A DNA stretch of 64,000 nucleotides from Octopus sinensis (Eukaryota): NCBI RefSeq assembly GCF_006345805.1, contig NC_043013.1, forward strand, positions 37,820,001-37,884,000, given 5' to 3'. How positions within the stretch are numbered: the first letter of the stretch is position 1; each line of letters begins with the position of its first letter. The translations under genes and the position numbers were made by a program. This document shows positions 45,318-57,889 of this stretch, piece after piece. The notes under the pieces were generated by a model. It saw only the letters and a list, made by a program, of their open reading frames with translations, was not told the DNA's origin and did no database searches.

Positions 45318-46899
45318 TAAGTGGACGAGTGTACGCGTTTATGCATGAAGTTGTTATATTGGATCTCTAGAAAATTTTTCATAATTATACATGTAAATGA
45401 TTAAGCTTCTTTTACACAAATATATGTATACACCTTTGCGCTCACCCACCCTCACACACACACACACGCACACACATTCATTCATTCTTACATACAAACT
45501 CATATATAGTTACGTAAACAATAAAACAGTGTTCAGATATCATTTTATTACATCACGTGATTCGCTTTTGAGAGGGTTAGTCATATTATATGCTTTTTTT
45601 TTCTTTTCTTTTCTCTTCTTTTCATTTCATTTCATTTCATTTCATTTCAAGTTTCTCCCATCATTATGTATGATTATAATTTATAATGCGTCTTTAAGTT
45701 GAAAGACAGGATTTCAGCTGGTTACTTAGTCAAAAATTTGTATATGGTTTGTGTTTCGTTGCGAACTTTGTTTCAAACAGTAACGTTTTAACAAAATTTA
45801 ACACACAGCTGACCTACATTGTAATGCATATTATAGTCGTACATGAATTCATGTTAAAAAAATATGCATGTATTAATACGCACACACTGACATATCTATG
45901 TATATACATATATACACATGTGTATGAATTTGTGCATATCTGAATATATGTGTGTGTGTGAGCTTATATTATTATTTAACACTTTATTTCTTTTATCCTA
46001 ATCATTCATGGAGAAGTATTTCGCCTTTTTTTGTTTGTACCTGACGTTTTTTTATATATTTATTTATTTTCGTATTCTTTTATTTTTTTATATCGCCAAA
46101 CAATTTCAGACCTAATGGAGACACTTTGAGTATAGAGTCTCGTTTATGATATTGTTGTTTGTTTGGTGGCTTTGTTTATTTATTTGTTTGTTCAGCTCCA
46201 CACTTGATGACACTGACCATCAAGCGCCATTAGTACAATGTCTTGTTTAAAATTCTATTATATTCAGACGTTCACTCTAAATTCTGCGTCCTTCTTGCTA
46301 TGTCAATGTAGCCTTAGAAATCGAAATATTTGTGCATTTTCTATGTGATTTATTAAAGTATATACAATTTTTCCATCAGACAAATCAAAAATTGAACACA
46401 GAAGTTCTGTTATACATCTTATCTACTGCAATTATAATTCGTAGAGAATACCAGAATCATACCGAATTCTGTTACGAAATCAGAAATAATGAAAGTTTAG
46501 TCATATGGAATGGATCAGTGAAAGATTGTTCGTGGTTTGAAAAATAATGCTGAATTATTATTTTGTTGTCATTGTTTTTACTTAATTTTAAAGTAAAATA
46601 GAAACGGGGATAAAGAGAAATCCAGAAAGGAGAGCCAGTGAGGGAGAGAAAGACTCTGCCATGTATATAGTTGCTCTTTTTGTACAGATCCAAGATGGTG
46701 GGGAACTGCCCATGCCTCATGATTTGCAGAGCTCTCCAAAGGCCCATATGTTGCTCGGAAATGTTTGAATGGAGCTTTATTAATGGGGAGAAAATTCCTC
46801 CACAAATTCCTCCATTGAAAATATATTTGCTTCAGGTCGAACCTGAAGCATTGTAGATTATTGTGAACTTTTGATCTTTATTTTGTTTTGGTAATTCTG

Positions 46900-47204
46900 T
46901 GAGCTGGCTGAGTCCTTACTGCGACAGGCAAAAGGCTTAGCGGTATTTCGTTTGTCTAGACGGCGAGCTGGCAGAAACGTTAGCACGCCGGGCGAAATGC
47001 TTAGCGGTATTTCGTCAGCGTTACGTTGTGAGTTCAAATTCCGCCGAGGTCGACTTTGCCTTTCATCCTTTCGGGGTCGATAAATTAAGTACCAGTTACG
47101 CACTGGGGTCGATGTAATCGACTTAATACCTATGTCTGTCCTTGTTTGTCCCCTCTGTGTTTAGCCCCTTGTGGGTAGTAAAGAAATAGGTATTTCGTTT
47201 GTCT
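46900..47204 (+). mobile_element. Young SINE family B (46958-47188) nested in an older family B head, with a 16-bp TSD
   Basis: GGTATTTCGTTTGTCT at 46942-46957 and 47189-47204. Confidence 0.9.
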
Positions 47205-47209
47205 TGATA

Positions 47210-47700
47210 AGTAGAAATCAGATGGTCTGAGAAGTGAACTTAATGTGATACCTGGATATTTTTCAGAGATTAAAATGTTGTGTTGATGAAGAATATCTGA
47301 AGAGTTTGATTTTGCTCTACAGAAACTGTTGTCGGTGTAAGAGAGGTGTTGAAGGAGAAGGAGAAGATAAAAGTGTGCATTGAAAACGCTACAGTTTATG
47401 ACTTTAATCAGACATTATACAGGTGAGGGTATGTATACAGGTGAGAGGCAAGTCATCAGGAAAACACTGGATATTTTCTAGAATATAGAGCATCGCATGA
47501 AGAGCAGAAAAGTGTTAGCAATAGTTTGATGGGGATGTGCAAATTAAAAAGAGGTTTTTGAGAGGAAAAACTCATTGAATAAATTTATATTTTTATAGCT
47601 GGGGGGAAATTGTCCATTCAGGTTATACATGTTCGTTTCTTAAGATTGGTATAGCGTTGGAGGGGGGAGTCTCTTTGGTTCAGAAGAAGTAAAAGAAAGC
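47210..47700 (-). pseudogene. Possible very decayed Penelope-like RT relic
   Basis: Scattered residues (YTDNSF, IKFT) in RT order across frames; weak. Confidence 0.2.
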
Positions 47701-48362
47701 ATCGATTAGGCAATGTATTTCAACCGTGTGCCACCACCTCCAGAATATTAGGTTGGAAAACATTGAACTTAGGTGAGACTTTGAAAACATTGTAGATGTT
47801 TGCCTGAAGCTAGTATCACAAAAGCTAGTGTCAAAAAAAAAAAGAAGCTAGTGTTGCTTGTCGGAAGCTAGTGTCACGAAAAAGGGGCAATTGATTCTGC
47901 TGTCCCTAAAAGATACTCACACGTTTCACATTTAAAGTTTCTAAAGGTCACATTCTCTGGCATCCACATACACTGAGAATATGTGACACACCTGATAGGT
48001 AGATGTAGTTGATAGAAAGACTTCTCTGGTCGTTACAATGGATTGCACACCAACGAAATCAGAATTGCATGAACTGCTATGCAATGTTAGCTACACGAGG
48101 AAACAAGAATCACATACTCTGAGTATAATCGTAGAATCAGCTAAAAGTAATGACTTCTGGGGGTTATGAATAGAGATATTTCTTTTATCTGCTTGTCTTG
48201 TCTCTCTCATTGGACTGTCACCATACTGGTGCAACGCCCGTTGTAAACCCGGAATTTATTTATTCGGTCTTTCTTGTTGAATCACTAGATTTTGTGGACG
48301 TAAAGAAACCATCACCGATTGACAAACAATGGAGAGAAAAACGCGGAAACAAAAATACGCAC

Positions 48363-48409
<47 letters not shown>

Positions 48410-48442
48410 AACACCATTGCTACACCTGTCTATTCATCACTA

Positions 48443-48668
48443 GTACTTATTTCTTTACTACCCACAAGGGGCTAAACACAGAGGGGACAAACAAGGACAG
48501 ACAAACGGATTAAGTCGATTACATCGACTCCAGTGCGTAACTGGTACTTAATTTATCGACCCCGAAAGAATGAAAGGCAAAGTCGGCCTCGGCGGAATTT
48601 GAACTCAGAACGTAATGGCAGACGAAATACGGCTACTCATTTCGCCCGGCGTGCTAACGTTTCTGCCA
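48443..48668 (-). mobile_element. SINE family B, tail 1
   Basis: Reverse complement of the family consensus. Confidence 0.9.
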
Positions 48669-48669
48669 T

Positions 48670-49005
48670 CCTTCATTGGGTCCAACCAGCACACCCTTTA
48701 CATTAGGAACTCCTCTTACACTTGTTCAAGCCTCATTCACTGCATCGGGTACAATCTTTGCAATAAACGATACTTTGGTCAGACGGGCCACCGGCTAGCC
48801 GACCGGTTCACCGAACACCTACGAGATGTTCGGCTACGTAAGAACACCTCTGTCGCCGTCATTTTTTCTTGGACGACCACTCCACCTCAGACCTCACCAT
48901 CTTCGGCCTTGCCCTACATAATGGATCCACTAACACTAGATTCCGCTTGGAACAGCGTTGCATTTTGCACTCTACGTACCTAAAATCCTTTCGGACTTAA
49001 CACAA
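48670..49005 (+). mobile_element. Penelope-like element GIY-YIG endonuclease fragment
   Basis: TCSSLIHCI...CNKRYFGQTGHRLADRFTEHLRDVR and, after frameshifts, DHSTSDLTIFGL..RFRLEQR..PFGLN. Confidence 0.88.
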
Positions 49006-50039
49006 CCCTTAAAAAAAAATACCCACAACATTTAAAAAAAAACATTTTATTCTCTAGGGTAAAGATTATTTGCCAAATAATATTTTAAATGTTTTTTTTT
49101 TATTTATTTCTGTTACTGATTTATTCACATAATCATTTTCATTTTTTTGCTATTACTAATTTTTATTTTCGCTATTTATTTGTTATTCATTATTTTTTAT
49201 ATCCGTATACAACACAACACACACATGCATGCATATACACGCACATACATAACTTCTACACACACTGACACGTACATAGACACACACACACACACACACA
49301 CACATCCCCATACTTACACACCTACACATAAACATATATAGTGATACAGAGAAAAACACAAGCGCGAGTACCCATACACATGTGCACACAGACACAGACA
49401 CACACCCATATACATACACACATGGCTACACCCACCCATTCACACACCTGCCACTATAGCTGCTGATCTCTCTAAGCAACATTAATACACACACACACAC
49501 ACAGACTACTCACATAAACACACAGATTTAACATCACACACACACACAGTTAATACCACATACACACACCACACAGACACACACAGTTATCACCACAAGT
49601 ACACATGCTTACCACGCACACACACACACACACGTGCAGTTACTACAACACATACACTCACACGCGACCATGTGTTTCGGTAACTACAAGGACACTGAAA
49701 TTCATCCAATGAGTTCAAAACATTATACCGAAAAATCAATGATGGGCATTGCTAAAGAAATCTGGGTATACTGGCGGAAGTGTGATGCACAAGGCCTTTC
49801 GAAGCAAGTCGTAAGTACAAAGAAGATACCACTTCATATCTACAGAGTCACAGGAAGACCAGGCATTCGCTTAATGACGTTATAAAGTCCTCAAGGAAAC
49901 GGTATCCTTTGGTTCTTTGATGAGAAAATTTGCGTCAAACAGAAGAAATGGCAGATGGTTATGTGTATACCCTTCCGATATCCTCACAGGGATGCGCACC
50001 GACCTTCTAGCAACTGTGTTGGTTTTAGTCGTTGACTAA

Positions 50040-50488
50040 AATCCTTCGATCACCTCTCTCTACGCCGCATCCTTCGTGTCCGATGGCATCACTTTGTCTC
50101 CAACAATTCGGTGCGACACCAGTGCAGAATCAAACCTTCTCCGACAAGTCATCCTAACGAGACGTTTGCGTTGGCTGGGTCATGCCCTCCGTCATCAACC
50201 AGGAGAATTCATCTACGAAGCAATTGCCCCAGCTCCCCTTCAGGGTTGGCGAAAGCGACGTGGTGGACAACGAAAAACCTGGCTGATTACAGTGAAGGCT
50301 GATCTGGAACCCAACCTAGGCCGCCATGTCTACAGTGTTCGCCGCTGGAATAGGGAGAGGCTGGAGATTACGCGGTCGTTAACCTCAAATCGCCAGGCCT
50401 GGTCGGCGTTTGTGAGAGATGCAGCATTGAGGATGAATGAAGCCAGCTCAACCCACCCCGGGTGAATGATGCTCAAGTCAAGTCAAGT
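50040..50488 (+). mobile_element. RTE-clade LINE 3' end
   Basis: LRRILRVRW..RRLRWLGHALR..WRKRRGGQRKTW..NRQAW, stop at 50465, (CAAGT)3 tail. Confidence 0.9.
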
Positions 50489-50499
50489 TGGTGTTAGTA

Positions 50500-50940
50500 G
50501 CGACGAGTAAGGAAAGTCATATCACAATTCTCATATAATTCTACTTGGTCGTAAGATTAATGCTGCTGAAGAAGTTGAGGTAATAGAGACTGTTATTAAT
50601 CTCGGATTGGATGAGGTACACAGCGGATTGTCATACGCGTCTCAGCAAGAATCAGTACATTCTCACAAACATATGTAATCCAACAGTGAACATTGCAGAA
50701 TCTTTACGATCACAAAATATCACAATTGTGGCCTCTCAATTCGCCAAGTTTAAATCCTAGGGACTATTATGTCCACAGCATTGTTCTTGAAAAGAAGATT
50801 GATCGATATGGTCACAAAGCCAGAGCTTCATTCAACATCACCGTTGTCCAGATGATGTCCAAAATAAGGAGCATTTAGTGCAAAACATTTCAGTGATTCC
50901 GGTCTTGTATAGAAGCAGTGAACGAATCTGCCGGATGATT
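50500..50940 (+). mobile_element. Degraded Tc1/mariner (maT/DD37D-like) transposase C-terminal relic
   Basis: QQES.HSHK and WPLNSPSLNPRDYYV resemble QQDSAPSH and WPPNSPDLNPLDYYVW. Confidence 0.7.
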
Positions 50941-51288
50941 CTCAGAATAATCTTATAAGAAATCTTATAATGAAATACATTACGTATTTTTCTGATCAGA
51001 GTTTTTTCTAAGTTACCAAATATGTCCAAAGACACTTCTCGCACTCTTTACATGCATATATATAGTGTTAAAGAATTGATGCTTCCTAAAATTCCGTTTT
51101 GATTGTTTAAGAAAAATAACATAACTGAAAAATTTAAAATTTGTACTGAAAGAAGACAAGAAAAACAACTGATCGTCAGAAAAATAGCATTATTCATCTA
51201 TAAAACTATACTAAATATATTTCTATTTTGACATATACTGTATATTTGATTAAATGCAATTAGAAAGAATTTAATTATTTGTCTTTTA

Positions 51289-53033
51289 CAGGGTGGGGCA
51301 GAGAGGACGGACGTTTTTGAAAGATTCACAAAATCATTAATTTTAGCTGCAAACAAATTTTATTAACATCAATGTGTTTGTATTGAATTAATATTTGTCA
51401 AAATCAAGAGTGGAAAACAAAATCTATCATGTGGTGTCCGTTTTCATTGATACATTTCTGAAGGCGTTCTTGGAAGTTGGCCTCCGTTCTCTCCAGCATT
51501 GCTCTGCTGATATGGGCGACTTCCACGCGAATAGCTTCCTTCAAATCGTCCAATGTACGGGGTTTATGCGCATATACAAGCGCCTTGAGGTTTCGCTACA
51601 AGAAATAATCACACATGAACAAATCAGAGGACCGAGGGGGGCTAAGGAATGTCTGCAAACCTGAAAATGAGGCAGTCACTGAAGTGAGGGCGAAGAACGT
51701 TCATTGATGCTCTGGTTGTGTGGATCATTGCCCCATCCTTCTGAAATCACACACGTCGAAGAGGCAAACGTTTTCGCTGTAATTCAAGCACAAAGAAGTT
51801 GTTTTTCATCTCGATCTAACGCTCGGAGTTCGCAGTAACATCATTTCCATCATTGCCTTCAGAAAAGTAAGTATCTCTGACCTCAACTTTACCAACAGCA
51901 CACGAGACCGTCACTTGGGCTGAGCAGAGGTTTTTCGTTCAGTTCTCTCGGATATTCAAGAGCCCAATAATGACAGTTCTGTTGATTCCCCATGCCATTG
52001 AGATGAAACTGAGCTTCGTCACTCATTAACAAATTGCTTCCATCTGACGTACGAAGTTAAGCCGTTTTGCATAGTCGCATGGTTTCAACCGTTTTCCAAT
52101 GACCAATTTGAACGGGTGGAAATGCAGGCTTTCCTGCAAAATACACCTTACCGATCGATTACCAATGCCAAGTTCAGTGGAAGGCCTCCGAGCAGAGCAA
52201 TCCGCACTCTGTATCAAAGCCTCTCTGACGTGTTTCACATTATCCGGGGTCCGTACATATGTGCCCCCACTGATTTCCTAGTCATTAGTGTACCTCGTGT
52301 ACGACGGGCATTCACATAACATAAGATTGCGTTACTGATGGGAACAGCCTGATTTCGGTGAATGTTGAAGTTGGGCCGAAACTCACACTGATCTGCTGTG
52401 ACAGACTCGTTATTCTTCACGTAACTGCCGTAGGCAAACACGCGGTGCTCTATCGTCCGCACTGCCATGACTTCACCTGAAAAGAAAAATGTTAAGATAC
52501 AAGCTAGGAGTGGCTATAGGCGCAGGAGTGGCTGTGTGGTAAGTAGCTTGCTAACCAACCATATGGTTCCGATTTCAGTCCCACTGCGTGGCATCTTGGG
52601 CAAGTGTCTTCTGCTATAGCCTCGGGCCGACCAAAGCCTTGTGAGTGGATTTGGTAGACGGAAACTGAAAGAAGCCTGTCGTATATATATATGTATGTGT
52701 GTGCATGTGTTTGTGTCTGTGTTTATCCCTCTAGTATTGCTTGACAACCGATGCTGGTGTGTTTACGTCCCCGTCACTTAACGGTTCGGCATAAGAGACC
52801 GATAGAATAAGTAATGGACTTACAAAGAATAAGTCCCGGGGTCGAGTTGCTCGACCAAAGGCGGTGCTCCAGCATGGCCGCAGTCAGGTGACTGAAACAA
52901 GTAAAAGAGTAAAAGAGTAAAGAGTAATGAGTAAGAGTAAGCTAACCGAATGGTACCTGTTGGAAATATGTCCCTCCCACTGGGGCTGAGTTATGGCCAT
53001 TTCACATACTTCTGTCCTCTCTGCCCCACCCTC
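51289..53033 (-). mobile_element. Full-length but decayed Tc1/mariner-superfamily transposon (about 1.3 kb without the SINE insert)
   Basis: 26-bp TIRs CAGGGTGGGGCAGAGAGGACGGACGT (51289-51314) and ACTTCTGTCCTCTCTGCCCCACCCTC (53008-53033), TA flanks; transposase from 52468 with HTH region, SDEAQF, FQKDGA..H and PRSSDL..CDYFL. Confidence 0.92.
52517..52925 (+). mobile_element. SINE family A, full length, inserted in the transposon leader
   Basis: Complete modules; AAGCTA at 52501 and 52939 is a possible TSD. Confidence 0.93.
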
Positions 53034-53139
53034 TATAAACTGAAGAAAATAGAGAGAACACAGTAAGAGATAACAGAAGAAAGAGAATAAGGGCGTCCGT
53101 TTAGCTGGAATGTAAACTGGAATATTTCTTTAAATGTTT

Positions 53140-53512
53140 AATACTCCTTTATTCTTTCAGTCATTTGACTGCGGCCATGCTGGAGCACCGCCTTTAGTCA
53201 AACAAATCGACCACGGCGCTTAACCTTTTGTAAACCTGGTACTTATTCTATCGGTTTCTTTTGCAGAATCTCTGTGTTACAGGGACGTAAAAACACCAAC
53301 ATCGGTTGTCAAGCAACGGTGGAGGAACAAACACAGACACACAAATACACTCACACACACATATATACGACGGGAAATTTTCAGTTTCCGTCTACGAAAT
53401 CCACTCACAAATCTTTGCTTGACATATGCCAAAGATGTCACGCGATGGAACTGAACCCAGAAACACGTGGTTGGGAAGCAAGCTTCTTACCACATAGCAA
53501 CTCCTGTGCCTA
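53140..53512 (-). mobile_element. SINE family A, diverged (further relic at about 54940-55250)
   Basis: Reverse complement of tail and head. Confidence 0.85.
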
Positions 53513-53779
53513 TGATAGCTTTTAGGCCCCGCATTAACGCTAGAAAGTAGTTGATGATAGAATGGTATAAACGTTTGATCATCGGAAGAAAAGGCTAGGG
53601 ATATTTTTTTTCCGATTCTTTGCGTTGTGAGCTCAATCACTGCAGGGCTTGACTTTGCATTTTAACCTTGGAATCCGATAAAATGCATTGCAGTTGAGCA
53701 ATGAGTTCGATGTAATCCACTCGCCTGTCCCACACAATTTCAGGCCTTGTGGCTATAGTAGACGCTACTGAGTTGTTCT

Positions 53780-54930
53780 GCCAGTTCAAAATTAACTCCA
53801 CAATAACGGAAACACTGCCTGGCGGGACTGTCTGAGATGCACGCAGGGTAACTAAACTGCTCTGCATGCACTCGTGCAGTCTCCCGGTATTGTTGACCTG
53901 TGGAGTTATGTCGAACAGCTGTTATCATGTGTGGGACGAATTCGACCATCGGCCGAATTCATCACGAGGATCTTTCCACATCTACCTTTGACAAGACAGG
54001 GCAAGCGGTGTGGCTTTGTCTGCTGGTTATGGCGAAAGTTACTGTGTGGTGGGCGACGCTGGAAGGATCGAGGGAAAACGTCTTCTTTTTCGGTCAAGCT
54101 CATATCGGACTTTTTAAAGTTTCACTTGGAAAGCAACGTGAGGGTGCAAAAGAAGGTAAGGGTGGAAAGGAAGGTGAGGGTGGAAAGGAAGGTGAGGGTG
54201 GAAAGGAAGGTGAGGGTGGAAAGGAAGGTGAGGGTGGAAAGGAACGTGTGGGTGGAAAGGGAAGTGAGAGTGGAAAGGAAGGTGAGGGTGGAAAGGAAGG
54301 TGAGGGTGGAAAGGAAGGTGAGGGTGGAAAGGAAGGTGAGGGTGGAAAGGAAGGTAAGGGTGGAAAGGAAGGTGAGGGTGGAAAGGAAGGTGAGGGTGGA
54401 AAGGAAGGTGATGGTGGAAAGGAAGGTGAGGGTGGAAAGGAACGTGTGGGTGGAAAGGGAAGTGAGGGTGGAAAGGAAGGTGAGGGTGGAAAGGAAGGTG
54501 AAGGTGGAAAGGAAGGTGAGGGTGGAAAGGAACGTGAGGGTGGAAAGGAACGTGTGGGTGGAAAGGCAAGTGAGGGTGGAAAGGAAGGTGAGGGTGGAAA
54601 GGAAGGTGAGGGTAGAAAGGAAGGTGAAGGTGGAAAGGAAAGTTAGGGTGGAAAGGAAGGTGTGGGTGGAAAGGAACGTGAGGGTGGAAAGGAACGTGAG
54701 GGTGGAAAGGGAACTGCAGTCTCCTATTAAATTTGTGTATAGATGTGTAGCTGTGGAAAAAATGGTTAGAGTGAACGACCCTAGTCAAAGTGTGCACCTG
54801 TAGACTGGAAAGTAGAACAGAGGGCTCGTATTTTTGGTTGTCAGGGTAAGCCTGGATTTGTGGGTTCATTGATCGACCTTGGTTGGAGCTTCTCCTGTAT
54901 GAGATAGATTGCATCATCTATGTTATCACC
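53780..54930 (+). mobile_element. Old 3' fragment of the same Tx1-like LINE family as 9805-12172
   Basis: LHALVQSPGIVDLWSYVEQLLSCVGRI aligns with LHALVQCPTISDRWAYVEQLLSRVGRV; FLKFHL..VRVER aligns with FFKYHLKRKVRVER. Confidence 0.88.
54131..54710 (+). repeat. 18-bp minisatellite (GGAAAGGAAGGTGAGGGT)n, about 32 copies
   Basis: Direct reading; recurring variant pair AACGTGTGG/GAAGTGAG. Confidence 0.97.
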
Positions 54931-55260
54931 TGCAATTTATACTATTCTTTTATTTTTTAAGTTAAGTCGTTTCACTACGGCCATGTTGGAGCAACACTTT
55001 AAAGGTATTTTTTTAGTCGAAGAAGTTGACCCCAGGATTTATTCTTTGTAAGCCTTGTGCTTATTCTATCGGTCACTTTTGCCGAACCGTGAAGTTACGG
55101 AGACGGAAACACAGCAACCTCGGTTATCAAGCGATGGTGGGTTACAAATACAGAGACAAAGGCACACACACCTAAATACACAAAATATACACACACACCC
55201 ACACGAACAAACACACACATATATACAACGGACCTGTTTCAGTTTCCTCTACTGCTCTCA

Positions 55261-55561
55261 CAAACAAGAATACTAAAAATGAACCCGACCGCTCTCAAAA
55301 ATTAAGTAAAAAAACAAAAAAAAAGTATAAATTATAAATTAAAAATTCAAAAACAAAACAGGAAAGATAATCCAGAATCCTTGTCCGGTACCTGATCGAT
55401 CCCAAAATGTAATCAGTTCGTGCCAGTCACGAGGCCAAACATCCCCAAATGTTTCGTCCAAACCCATCCACCGGTTCTTGAGATATTTTGTCCACGAACA
55501 AACAAACAAAGAAGCACGACTGAAAACGATACTTCCGCCTTCGCTAAGGCAGAGGTAATAA
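55261..55561 (+). mobile_element. Helentron/DINE-1-like non-autonomous element
   Basis: AACAAG start, CCATCCACCGGTTCTTGAGATAT block, (ACAA)n microsatellite, terminal stem-loop ACTTCCGCCTT-CGCT-AAGGCAGAGGT then AAT. Confidence 0.65.
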
Positions 55562-55569
55562 GGAACTTT

Positions 55570-55880
55570 TAAGGAGGACAAACAAGAGTGCCTAATAATC
55601 GACGTAGAGATAAACCTTATCTCTATTGTCATCGGAGCATTGGGTTCAATACCACCCAATCTGAAAAAAAAAACACACACACAACTGAAAACTTTAGATT
55701 TACCCTACAATTTAGTTGTATTGCAGAAGTCGGCATTACTTGGAACTGCGCGCATATTGCTTGAATTATTGTCTGCCTGAGTTCCTTGTGACTTGACAAA
55801 CAGTACAAACAGCCGGTAGACACAATATCTTCCTTCAACAGACTCACGACATTGTACATTGAGCGACGCCTATAATAACA
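55570..55880 (+). mobile_element. Old, internally deleted RLE-LINE 3' relic
   Basis: KQECLIIDV..SIVIGALGSIP followed by (AAT)n. Confidence 0.55.
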
Positions 55881-55939
<59 letters not shown>

Positions 55940-55974
55940 CCACAACAACAACAACGACGACGATAATAATAATG

Positions 55975-56037
<63 letters not shown>

Positions 56038-56038
<1 letters not shown>

Positions 56039-56362
56039 GGGAAATGGAGAAAATCTCAAAATACAAAGACCTGGAAATAGAGGTAACCAGAATGTGGAAT
56101 CTAAAAACAGAAACAATTCCTATCATAGTAGGTGCATTAGGCATGATAAAAAAATATTCAGACAAATACGTAACAAAAGCACCAGGACTTACAAACACAT
56201 ATAACATACAGAAAATTGCACTACTAGGCACTGCACACATCCTACGCAAACCACTTTCCATACAATAACCATCAGAGCATCACAACAAATCACAGCACAT
56301 ACCCAAGGCACACAGAGCTGCGCTCGGTAGTGAAGTGAAAGAACGCTATAAAAATAAAACTA

Positions 56363-56370
<8 letters not shown>
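56038..56370 (+). mobile_element. R4/Dong-type LINE extreme 3' end (second subfamily)
   Basis: EKISKYKDLEIEVTRMWNLKTETIPIIVGALG..LGTAHILRK, stop at 56268, short UTR, (AAT)n on both sides. Confidence 0.92.
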
Positions 56371-56448
<78 letters not shown>

Positions 56449-56490
56449 TGTGTCTACTGGCTGTTCGTAATAATAATAATAATAATGATA

Positions 56491-56535
<45 letters not shown>

Positions 56536-56559
56536 GTTGTTATTATTATTATTATTAGC

Positions 56560-57155
56560 ACGCTGGATTTCGCCCATCGCTAGGATCTGAGTTCAAATTT
56601 TTCAAATTACTTTTCATCATTTCGGCGTCGATAAATTGAGTACCAGTTGAGTACTAGCGTTGATGTAATCGATTATCCCCCTTCTCACAAATTCCAGGCC
56701 TTGTGCCTATTATAGAAAGGATTATTATTAAGGCGGGGAGCTGGCAGAAACGTTAGCACTCCGGGAGAAATGCTTAGTGGTACTTCGTTTGCAGCTACGT
56801 TCTGAGTTCAAATTCATCCGAGGTCGACTTTGCCTTTCATCCTTTCGGGTTCGAAAAATTAAGTACCAGTTACACACCGGGGTCAATATAATCGACTTAA
56901 TCCGTTTGTCTGTCCTTGTTTGTCCCCTCTGTGTGTAGCCCCTTGTGGGCAATAAAGAAATAAACGTTCGCACGCCGAACGAAATCCTTAGCGGTACTTC
57001 GTCTGTGTTTACGTTCTTGGATCAAATTCCGCCGTGTTCGTCGACTTTGCCTTTCATCCTTTCGGGGTCGATAAATTAAGTACCAGTTGCCTTCTTAGGC
57101 CGTTCTAATCGACTAGCTTCTTCCCCAAAATTTCGGGCCTTTTGTCTAGAGTAGA
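56560..57155 (+). mobile_element. Three stacked SINE family B copies (tail 2, tail 1, tail 2)
   Basis: Meta-type blocks near 56627, 56849 and 57067. Confidence 0.88.
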
Positions 57156-57182
57156 AAATTATTATTACTATTATTATTACTA

Positions 57183-57233
<51 letters not shown>

Positions 57234-57558
57234 GTAGTAGTAGTAGTAGTAGTAATAGTAGTAGTAGTAGTAGTAGTAGTAGCAGCAGAAGCAGCAGTAA
57301 TAGTAGTGGTAGCAGCGGCGTATTTATTGAATTTGAAATAAACACATAAGGAATAATGCAATAAATGAATGCGCAGAAATTTTGAAAGACGACACTAGCT
57401 ATGACGTGTCAACGAATTAACAAAAGACAAGCATTCATTCTCACGGTATTATTAACATGTCGTCTATAGAGTTGATACTTGATTAAACAATTTTAATACC
57501 ATTAACTACGTATCTATGTATGTATATATGAGTATGTGTACATATACTAATAAATATG

Positions 57559-57614
<56 letters not shown>

Positions 57615-57858
57615 CATACATATATATATATAATATATGTATACATACATACATACATACATATCTATGTATATACCTACATACACATATATATATATAT
57701 AATATATATATATATATATGCGAGTGTTTGTATGTCTGTTTTTGTGTTTCCGACTGTGTTTATGTGTGCGTGTATGTGAGTGTTTGTGTGTGTGTGTATG
57801 TGTATGTGCGTGCGTGCGTGCGTGTGTGTGTTTTTGTGTGTGTGTGTGTGTGTGTGTA

Positions 57859-57889
<31 letters not shown>

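Noticed and set aside
47807-54710. CRISPR-like arrays (AAGCTAGT cluster, 18-bp array)
   Set aside because: No unique equal-length spacers, repeats too short or contiguous, no cas genes, eukaryotic context
53874-54917. 309-aa (KVRVER)n, 248-aa (GGKEGE)n and 267-aa (HPHLPF)n ORFs as a structural protein gene
   Set aside because: Open frames arise from a stop-free 18-bp repeat inside a dead LINE fragment
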